From the NCBI GenBank assembly GCA_041669265.1, contig JBAYBM010000004.1, positions 1,945 through 65,944 on the forward strand: a stretch of 64,000 nt of DNA, in the 5' to 3' direction. The DNA is from Bacilli bacterium (GTDB taxonomy: Bacteria; Bacillota_I; Bacilli_A; RFN20; CAG-826). The notes under the pieces were generated by a model, which was not told where the DNA came from, searched no databases, and was given only the letters and a program-made list of their open reading frames with translations. Shown piece by piece: positions 35,219-42,591 of the stretch; the first letter of the stretch is position 1, and each line of letters opens with the position of its first letter. Made by a program: the position numbers and the translations under genes.

Positions 35219-37231
35219 ATGAAATTAAACCAATTGCTTTTAAAATGTAGACAAAAAGAAAATCTTTCGCAACAAGAAGTTGCTGATAAACTTTTTTATA
35301 GTGTTCAAGTTATCTCTAAATGGGAAAACGGATTTTCTTCGCCTTCAATAGATATAATGGTCAATATTGCAAATCTTTTTAAAATTGATATTCTTTCTTT
35401 TATTAATGGCGAGATAATTGAGAAAAATGAACCATATGTCGAGTCTTTTGATTTAAAGAAGTTTATAAATAGATTTAAAATTATTAGACAAAACAAACAG
35501 ATCTCCCATTATCAAATGGCAAAAGATTTAAAAAAATCTAAATCATTTATGATTAGATTAGAAAAAGGAGAAGTTATACCTAAAATCCCTTTTTATGTTG
35601 ATTATGTAAATTTTTATAAATTAGATCCTTTAGATACCTATTTTGGCACTCCAATTCAATCAATTAATTTTGAAAAGAAAAACAAAACAGGCTTGGTTCT
35701 TTCTCTAATTGGTTTAAGTGCCATGCTAGCAGGAACAGTCATTGTTTCAACTTTATATGTACAACATAATAATGACTTAGCAGAAGATGATAAAGTAACT
35801 GAAATTATTAGTAACCCATATGTACCAAGCGATACAAGTATACCTGAAGCACTTAATAACCTTACAATTACTAACGATGAGAGTATAGCAATTAGATTTA
35901 CTCCCCCTACTGAAGCTAAAAAAAGCATTCATTCTTTTAGTGATTATGTTTCTTTTTTAGCTAACAATGTCTACTATCTTTATGGTGACGACGAAATTAA
36001 AGAATTTAATAAAGACACATGGTATTATGGAAAAAGTGTTGAAAATATATATCAAGATGGACATGGAAATATCTTAGATTATGCTAACTTAACAAATTTC
36101 TTTATGAATGACATTTACGATGAATGTGGAATTTTAAATGTTATATACCAAAAAGATTTTGACACATGTTCGCAAATAAATTATGTAAAAACAAATGATA
36201 AATACTATTTCTTTGAAACAAGAGATATTATAAGGAATAATTTTAAAGATTTCCAAGTTGAAGAGAGCGATTCCTTGGAAGACTATACTAAAAATTTGCT
36301 AGATAATAATTCGTATATTTCTTTTATCATAGACGGCTCATATGAAGACGGACTAAACATTCCTTTTTCTTTTATAGACGACTTGCAACAAAATATATGT
36401 CTGCCAAGTGATGCGAACTTTAATTATTTATATAATGACGAAGTCACTGAAACTAAAGTCTCATATTCAGCAATGCCTTTTAAATTTAATAGATATGGCT
36501 GTACATATCAAGAAAATGACATCAAGAATGTAACAGACTTTGATAACGCATATTCTTCAATATTAGGTGAAGCAAAATTAAGCAATGAAGATTTTAAGGA
36601 ATTTGATAGTTCGTTAGATATCGATTTAATAAATAGTAAAATTAATACAGTAAAAGATTTATTAAATTATACCTATTATCGTGGAATGGGATATGAAACA
36701 AAACATGTTTTATATAATTATGGCCCTAATAAGTATAAATTTAATTATGACGCTAAGAGTATTCTTAAGAAAAATCTTGCATCCGATGGAGGAATTGCAA
36801 ACTTATTTAATTATTTATTAAAAGACGATTATGAAGAAGTTGGTTTTATAAACTGTGCATTTAGTAGCATAAATTCTTATGTGCATCCAACAAATTATAT
36901 TAAACAAAACAACGTTTATTATTTCTTTGATTTATATACATGGATTGCAGGTTATTCAGACCAAGCATTTATAACTTCTAATTTTAATAATATGGAAGAA
37001 TATATAGAAAGAAAATTCTTTTTAAATTCAAAAGATGCCAAAATATTAATCAAGTACCAATCAGATAACGACATTCCATATATTTATAGAGAAGAAAGCA
37101 AAATAGTAAGAGTAGATTCAAATTTTGAATATACAAAATATATTCTTGATGATAATTATTCTCTAGAACCACTGCAAATCCAAAACGGAATTGAAAAAAG
37201 AATTAGTTTTAGAAGATTAGTTTCTTTTTAA
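35219..37231 (+). CDS. Membrane-anchored XRE-family regulator: two N-terminal HTH domains, one TM helix, large duplicated extracytoplasmic domain
   Basis: HTH1 spans aa 1-65 (LSQQEVADKLFYSVQVISKWENG). HTH2 spans about aa 80-140. The TM helix is aa 158-181 (LVLSLIGLSAMLAGTVIVSTLYV). The ectodomain has two related modules ending NYVKTNDKYYFFE and NYIKQNNVYYFFD. Confidence 0.7.
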   Translation: MKLNQLLLKCRQKENLSQQEVADKLFYSVQVISKWENGFSSPSIDIMVNIANLFKIDILSFINGEIIEKNEPYVESFDLKKFINRFKIIRQNKQISHYQMAKDLKKSKSFMIRLEKGEVIPKIPFYVDYVNFYKLDPLDTYFGTPIQSINFEKKNKTGLVLSLIGLSAMLAGTVIVSTLYVQHNNDLAEDDKVTEIISNPYVPSDTSIPEALNNLTITNDESIAIRFTPPTEAKKSIHSFSDYVSFLANNVYYLYGDDEIKEFNKDTWYYGKSVENIYQDGHGNILDYANLTNFFMNDIYDECGILNVIYQKDFDTCSQINYVKTNDKYYFFETRDIIRNNFKDFQVEESDSLEDYTKNLLDNNSYISFIIDGSYEDGLNIPFSFIDDLQQNICLPSDANFNYLYNDEVTETKVSYSAMPFKFNRYGCTYQENDIKNVTDFDNAYSSILGEAKLSNEDFKEFDSSLDIDLINSKINTVKDLLNYTYYRGMGYETKHVLYNYGPNKYKFNYDAKSILKKNLASDGGIANLFNYLLKDDYEEVGFINCAFSSINSYVHPTNYIKQNNVYYFFDLYTWIAGYSDQAFITSNFNNMEEYIERKFFLNSKDAKILIKYQSDNDIPYIYREESKIVRVDSNFEYTKYILDDNYSLEPLQIQNGIEKRISFRRLVSF

Positions 37232-37269
37232 TTTTCCACGATTTGATACCTCTATTTAAATTCGTAAAT

Positions 37270-37464
37270 ATATAAAATTAATACAAAATGTTAAAACTTA
37301 TTTGTAGTTAAGTTTAGTTGTGTTAGATTTTTATCTCCTTCACAAATGTTGCTTAACTATATAGATTTAACATTGTTTTGTATTCATTTTAAAGGGGTAA
37401 TACAAATTCAGTGTTACATTTTAAGGGGTTTAAACATCAGGATGGGGATCTTGATGTTTTTTTT
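37270..37464 (+). ncRNA. Candidate structured RNA (orphan sRNA, or structured 3' UTR of the XRE gene); class unknown
   Basis: A 105-nt imperfect hairpin (37280-37295 pairs with 37366-37384; 37305-37312 pairs with 37352-37359). There is an alternative pairing of 37377-37384 with 37399-37406. A direct repeat CATTTTAA(A)GGGG occurs twice, and a plus-strand terminator follows. No coding potential. Confidence 0.3.
37435..37464 (+). terminator. Intrinsic terminator (plus strand)
   Basis: CATCAGGAT-GGGG-ATCTTGATG (with G-U pairs) followed by T8. Confidence 0.7.
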
Positions 37465-37470
37465 GTAAAA

Positions 37471-37497
37471 AATAAAAAAATCACGATATTATCGTGC
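37471..37497 (-). terminator. Intrinsic terminator of the tmRNA gene
   Basis: Minus strand, directly after CCA: CACGAT-AAT-ATCGTG followed by ATTTTTTTATTTTTT. Confidence 0.6.
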
Positions 37498-37503
37498 TTT
37501 TTT

Positions 37504-37890
37504 TGGTGGAGATGCGGAGAATCGAACTCCGGTCCATATATTGCCCCACATAGACTACTACAGTTTAGTAAAGTTTTTAATTTAATAGTTTGTCAAACTT
37601 CACAAATTTTCCACTACGAGATTATTGATTTTCGTTAATAATATCTAATCTATATTATTACTTATCTTCTTGTTATTTCACACTTATACAAATTAAGAAG
37701 CGAAGTTTGTAGGTGCGTATCTCCCCTCAGTCTATCGAGGGCACAATAATGTGGCTGTGTAGTCTAACTAGCAAGCAGCGAAAGATAAACGACTTTGTCT
37801 GTTATTGGCAGATAAATTTTTTCGGTGATAAGGTCACCACTCCACTGCAATCCATGCCAAACGAATATATGTCGAAACCTGATCATCCCC
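37504..37890 (-). ncRNA. ssrA: Transfer-messenger RNA (tmRNA)
   Basis: 5' GGGGAUGAUCAGGUUUCGAC and 3' GGACCGGAGUUCGAUUCUCCGCAUCUCCACCA. The acceptor stem has the G3-U Ala identity pair and the CCA is encoded. The internal tag frame GCC AAU AAC ... UUC GCU GCU UGC UAG follows an A-rich stretch. Confidence 0.95.
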
Positions 37891-37989
37891 AGGTGAATAA
37901 TATCTTACTTGAAAATATATAAATTAGCAAGTTTTAAGGTCATATATGATATGAAATTTAAGGTTTTTTTACTATAGTAAAGTAATGTT

Positions 37990-38018
37990 TTGATATTATT
38001 CCTTTAATAGTTTATACT
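37990..38018 (+). promoter_or_regulatory. Sigma-70-type promoter for the downstream membrane protein gene
   Basis: TTGATA, 17 nt spacer, TATACT. Confidence 0.5.
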
Positions 38019-38043
38019 ATTAAAACGTAAAGGATTGATTAAT

Positions 38044-39057
38044 ATGAGTAAAAATATAAAAGTAGAAAAACAAAAGAAAAAGTTTAATTGGAGAATGGCT
38101 GGATATTATCTAAAATCACTATTCAATAACCAAATATGTATGGAAATCGGTATGACCCACAAATGGTATTGGGCTGTATTGGTTTTTATTGTTTCAATTT
38201 TAATGAGTGCTGTACCACTAACTGTCCATCAAGCAACAGCTTCTGGAAGTTCATTCTTATCTTCAACTTACACTTATGAATATTCAGATAATTTTTATTT
38301 ATTTGTTAAAGATATGAAAGAACAAGGTATTGATGTTACTTTTAAAGATGGTTATGCAACTTATACTGGTGCAACTCCATCATATTCAAATAATTATAGA
38401 ATCTATCAACATAAGTCAGCTTATGAAGATGGTTCAAATACAAGTAGAATTGATTTTGAGGTTTTTTATATTCCAGAAGGCATTTCATTTAGTAATACTA
38501 TAAGTTCAATTGCTAGCACTATTCCAAATACTGATACAACTTCAAGAGATGTTTCTTATATTGTATTTGGTTATCAAGCTTTCCAAACAGCTTTATATAA
38601 AGAAGGCGGTACATCAAGTTATGGTGGAGTTTATGGTAACTATCAACATGTAACTACTACAAGTATTACAAAGTTATTATCTACAAGTGGAACACAAATT
38701 GAAAATGCTGAAGCCACAACAACTAATTTTAAAACTACCCTTGATGAAATTTATATTGATAATAGATATTCAGTAACTTGGATTCAAACTGGCATTATCT
38801 TAGCTGTTAACGTTGGTGTCGTTGCTTTAATGGGCTTAGTTATCTTCTTAATGACCAGAGGAAAGAACAATCCTAATAGAAGTATTAAATTCCATCAATG
38901 CTATGGCATGGCTGCTTGGGCAGCACTTACTCCAGGATTAATCGCTTTAATCTTAGGCTTTATGTTCACTGGATATGAAATTATGCTCTTCGTTGTAACA
39001 TATGGATTTAGAATCATGTGGATGAGCATGAAACAATTACGACCTGTACAACAATAA
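38044..39057 (+). CDS. Membrane protein of unknown function
   Basis: Basic cytoplasmic N-terminus, a TM helix (WYWAVLVFIVSILMSAVPL), an extracytoplasmic segment of about 200 aa rich in S/T/Y, then three C-terminal TM helices. ATG at 38044 lies 9 nt after AAAGGA. Confidence 0.7.
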   Translation: MSKNIKVEKQKKKFNWRMAGYYLKSLFNNQICMEIGMTHKWYWAVLVFIVSILMSAVPLTVHQATASGSSFLSSTYTYEYSDNFYLFVKDMKEQGIDVTFKDGYATYTGATPSYSNNYRIYQHKSAYEDGSNTSRIDFEVFYIPEGISFSNTISSIASTIPNTDTTSRDVSYIVFGYQAFQTALYKEGGTSSYGGVYGNYQHVTTTSITKLLSTSGTQIENAEATTTNFKTTLDEIYIDNRYSVTWIQTGIILAVNVGVVALMGLVIFLMTRGKNNPNRSIKFHQCYGMAAWAALTPGLIALILGFMFTGYEIMLFVVTYGFRIMWMSMKQLRPVQQ

Positions 39058-39068
39058 AACTTTAAAAA

Positions 39069-39098
39069 TAAAATGTAGTGAATTTCACTACATTTTTT
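39069..39098. terminator. Bidirectional intrinsic terminator
   Basis: AAAATGTAGTG-AATTT-CACTACATTTT with A-run and T-run flanks, between convergent genes. Confidence 0.8.
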
Positions 39099-39100
39099 AT

Positions 39101-39439
39101 TTAATCACCGTAATCGGATTCATAAGTTTTATCATCAATAACAATCTTTAATTTATCTGTTATATCTAGTATTTCTCGATAAATAAAATCTTTTTTATAA
39201 ACAACCGGATTTTCAAAATCTGCAGTAAATATAACTTTTTTATTGGTTTTAACAATATCTAATAAACAATTAATTACTTGATCATATTTATCTTCATATA
39301 TTCTTTTTACGCCTTGTAATTGAGTATAAAAGTTTGGTTCGATATAAAATTCTTCTCCACTAGCTAATATATAATGCTCAACTGTAAAAATATCACTATC
39401 TTTAATTTTCTTTAAATTCTTAAATTCATTTTGTTCCAT
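39101..39439 (-). CDS. Hypothetical acidic small protein (112 aa)
   Basis: Intact ORF at the 3' end of the rlmH gene string. No motif recognised. Confidence 0.5.
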   Translation of the reverse strand: MEQNEFKNLKKIKDSDIFTVEHYILASGEEFYIEPNFYTQLQGVKRIYEDKYDQVINCLLDIVKTNKKVIFTADFENPVVYKKDFIYREILDITDKLKIVIDDKTYESDYGD

Positions 39440-39448
39440 AATAATCTC

Positions 39449-39931
39449 CTAATGATGATATGACTCATTGTTATTTATTTTAAATATTCTATAAAGTTGT
39501 TCAAGTAATATTATTCTAGTTATTTGATGTGGGAACGTTAATTTAGATAAACATATTCTATAATTGCTTCTTTTTAATAATGATTCACCTAAACCAAGTG
39601 TTCCACCAATTACTATATCAATATCTCTTGTATTCGTACTTACTAAATTAGAAAATCCTTTTGCTAAATCTTCACTAGATAATTCTTTTCCATGTAAATC
39701 CATTAAAACTAAATAATCATCTTTTTTAACAAATTTTAATGCATTTACCGCTTCGTTTTCTTTTGTCTTTTCAATTAAGGCTGCATTATCAAAGCTTAAT
39801 ATTTTTGCTTCATTAACTTCAATTAATTTAATTGATGCATATCTTGTTAATCTTTTTAAATATTCTTCTTGTGCGTCTTTAAGGTATTTTTCTTTAAGAT
39901 TTCCAATACATATAATATTTATCTTAATCAT
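39449..39931 (-). CDS. rlmH: 23S rRNA (pseudouridine1915-N3)-methyltransferase
   Basis: 160-aa SPOUT protein with a typical RlmH N-terminus (IKINIICIGNLKEKYLKDAQEEYLKRL) and a C-terminal knot region (FPHQITRIILLEQLYR). Confidence 0.9.
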   Translation of the reverse strand: MIKINIICIGNLKEKYLKDAQEEYLKRLTRYASIKLIEVNEAKILSFDNAALIEKTKENEAVNALKFVKKDDYLVLMDLHGKELSSEDLAKGFSNLVSTNTRDIDIVIGGTLGLGESLLKRSNYRICLSKLTFPHQITRIILLEQLYRIFKINNNESYHH

Positions 39932-40665
39932 AAATCCACACTTTCATGTTGCTTTGCACAAATAATCTTAATACAGCTTGTAGCAATTCCTTCGTTTTTA
40001 AAAATTGAATAATATGTATTTAAGGCTTCGTTTGGTGTATTACATTCCTCACTTAAATGAGCAAGTATAATTTCTTTTGTGTCGCTACCAATTAATAAAC
40101 TCATATATGTAGCGCTTTGATAATTTGATAGATGACCATAATCTGATAAGATTCTTTTCTTTAATATTAATGGTCTATTTGAATTAATAAGCATATCGTA
40201 ATCATGGTTTGACTCAATAAAATAATAAGTTTTATCTTTAATTAATTTAAAAGTCGATTCTGGGATAAAACCACTATCAGTGATATATACTAAACTCTCA
40301 TTTTTATTTTTAAATAAAAAACCACATGGAGCAATTGCATCATGAGATGTTTCTAATAACTCAACTTGAAAGTCCTTAAAAGTATAAATATGGTTGAATA
40401 TTAATTCATGATTTTGAAGTAAGTTTATAGTACCTTTTCTTGCGTACTTTTTATCAAGAGAAAAATAACTTTCTCCTAAAATATGATCTATATGATTATG
40501 TGTAAATAATACAAAATCTATATCATTTAGCGCTTTTTTTACCTCTTTAAGGCCTTCAACTAATCGCTTTTTACTAATTCCACAATCAATTAATATACAA
40601 GTTGAATCATCGTAAACTATGCTGGCATTACCTTTTGATCCACTTGCAATAATATGCATTTTCAT
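39928..40665 (-). CDS. yycJ: MBL-fold hydrolase, YycJ/WalJ-like
   Basis: SGSKGNA, LIDCG, THNHIDH, and a position upstream of rlmH as in Bacillus. Confidence 0.8.
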   Translation of the reverse strand: MKMHIIASGSKGNASIVYDDSTCILIDCGISKKRLVEGLKEVKKALNDIDFVLFTHNHIDHILGESYFSLDKKYARKGTINLLQNHELIFNHIYTFKDFQVELLETSHDAIAPCGFLFKNKNESLVYITDSGFIPESTFKLIKDKTYYFIESNHDYDMLINSNRPLILKKRILSDYGHLSNYQSATYMSLLIGSDTKEIILAHLSEECNTPNEALNTYYSIFKNEGIATSCIKIICAKQHESVDL

Positions 40666-40667
40666 AA

Positions 40668-42140
40668 CTATTCTAAATCATCAATCTCGTGATATTTGCT
40701 TGCTATACAACTAGTTTCTTCAGATGGAGTATCAAATCTTTGAAATGCTTTAAAGAACAATAAGGATATGTTCCCTGTTCTACCATTTCTATTTTTACGA
40801 ACCAATATAAAAACTAAATCACTATGATTTGGATCATATTTTTCTTGCTTATCAACATTATTTGGTTTGCTTTCTTCTTCATTATTCTCTTTATTTGCAC
40901 CATATTGGGCATTCTTTTGTTTTAGGGCATGTGCTTGTTCAGGATTATAGATAAATACAACTTGGTCAGCGTCTTGTTCGATAGAACCACTATCTTTTAA
41001 GTTAGATAATTGTGGAACAGCAGATTCTCTTACTTCAACGTTTCTGTTGACTTGAGCAAGGGCCAAAATTGGTACATCCAAATCTTTTGCTAGTTGTTTT
41101 AAAGAACCGGTAACACGGTCAATTTCAAGAACCTTGTTATCAGTACGCATATTTGGAACTTTTACTTTTCCAATGTAGTCAACAACAATTAAACCTAAAT
41201 CATGTAAATCATTTTTTAATCTCTTTGACTTACTAATAATATCATCAATTGAAATACCACCAGTATCATCAATATAAAGCGGCGCACGAGAAATTTCTTC
41301 TTCTGCTTCTTTTAGCTTTTGTCTATCATTTTGATTAAGCATATTCTTAGAAATTTTATCCATAGGGACACCACTTCTATTAGAAAATAAACGACACATA
41401 ATTTCGTTACTAGACATTTCAATTGAAAATATAGCTACTGGCTTTTTGCTTTTTATTGCACAATTGTAGGCAATATTTAATCCTAATGCAGTTTTACCAA
41501 CACTTGGTCGTGCAGCTAAAACAATTAAGTTTCCTTTTTGAAGTCCATTTAAAATACCGTCTAATTTAGGAAAACCTGTACTAATTCCTGAAAAAGCATT
41601 AACATCTTTCCCAATAGATGATTCAATTTGTTTGCCTAATTTACGAGCTATTTCATCAGATTTCTTAAAGCCTTCTACTCTTCTTTCACTAGTAATTTCA
41701 AGTAAGGTTTGTTCAGATTCACTTACATATTTATTTATATCTTTAATTTTGCCATCGTTGTAATTCTTTTCTACAACACTAATTGCAGTAAAAAACTTAC
41801 GTAATAAAGCATAATCTTTTAATGTCTTAACATAATATTCAACATTGGCAAATCCAGTTACTAATGCTGTTAAACTTACTAAATAATCAACACCACCAAT
41901 ACCATCTAATTCTTTTGTAGTATTTAAATAAGAAGTTATTGTTTGAATATCAATACCCTTACTTTGTTTGTGTAATTCAGCTAAACCTTTATAAACAATT
42001 AAGTTTTTAATGTTTCCATAATAAAAATCTTCCTCTTCTAATTCATCTAGAAGATCGAATGCCTTTTTATCGTCCATTATCATTATTCCAAGGACAGTTT
42101 TTTCAGCAACTTCATCATTTGGAAGGTTTTTAATATCCAT
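40668..42140 (-). CDS. dnaB: Replicative DNA helicase (DnaB family)
   Basis: Walker A ARPSVGKTALGLN and RecA-like C-terminal domain motifs. It follows rplI. Confidence 0.95.
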   Translation of the reverse strand: MDIKNLPNDEVAEKTVLGIMIMDDKKAFDLLDELEEEDFYYGNIKNLIVYKGLAELHKQSKGIDIQTITSYLNTTKELDGIGGVDYLVSLTALVTGFANVEYYVKTLKDYALLRKFFTAISVVEKNYNDGKIKDINKYVSESEQTLLEITSERRVEGFKKSDEIARKLGKQIESSIGKDVNAFSGISTGFPKLDGILNGLQKGNLIVLAARPSVGKTALGLNIAYNCAIKSKKPVAIFSIEMSSNEIMCRLFSNRSGVPMDKISKNMLNQNDRQKLKEAEEEISRAPLYIDDTGGISIDDIISKSKRLKNDLHDLGLIVVDYIGKVKVPNMRTDNKVLEIDRVTGSLKQLAKDLDVPILALAQVNRNVEVRESAVPQLSNLKDSGSIEQDADQVVFIYNPEQAHALKQKNAQYGANKENNEEESKPNNVDKQEKYDPNHSDLVFILVRKNRNGRTGNISLLFFKAFQRFDTPSEETSCIASKYHEIDDLE

Positions 42141-42589
42141 TACTTCTCCTCAGAAACATGAACCTTAACGTCAGCAATAATTCCTTTATATAATTCATTT
42201 TTTAAAATTGATGTACCAAAAGCATTAACTAAAATCTTATCAACAAATTTTCTCTTATCAATATTTATGTTGTAATCTTTAACAAGTTTCTCGCAAACTT
42301 CTTTAGTAGAGATTTGCCCAATCATTGTTCCATCTTTTCCAGCTTTGGCAGTAAATTCAAGAATAATTGAACCAAGCTTACCTTTTGTTTCTAAAGCTTC
42401 TTTTTTAAGGTCTTCTTGATGTAATCTTTCTTTTTCGTTTTCTTTTTCTAAATTCTTAACAGCTTCTACAGTTTTCTTAACAGCAATATTGTTTCTAATT
42501 AAATAATTATTTCCATATCCATCAGCAACAGTTTTTGTGTCGCCTTTTTTTCCTAAACCTTTAACGTCTTGTAATAATATAACTTCCAT
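42140..42589 (-). CDS. rplI: 50S ribosomal protein L9
   Basis: MEVILLQDVKGLGKKGD N-terminus, 149 aa. Confidence 0.95.
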   Translation of the reverse strand: MEVILLQDVKGLGKKGDTKTVADGYGNNYLIRNNIAVKKTVEAVKNLEKENEKERLHQEDLKKEALETKGKLGSIILEFTAKAGKDGTMIGQISTKEVCEKLVKDYNINIDKRKFVDKILVNAFGTSILKNELYKGIIADVKVHVSEEK

Positions 42590-42591
42590 TT

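Noticed and set aside
37411-37922. Supplied plus-strand ORFs 37411..37638 and 37713..37922
   Set aside because: They run antisense across the tmRNA gene (37504..37890), have no convincing SD, and give junk-like protein sequence.
33033-39439. Genomic island, prophage remnant or defence system at the tmRNA locus
   Set aside because: There is no integrase, recombinase, duplicated ssrA 3' end, phage gene, nuclease/ATPase defence signature or CRISPR repeats. There is only a handful of small-enzyme, regulator and membrane genes.
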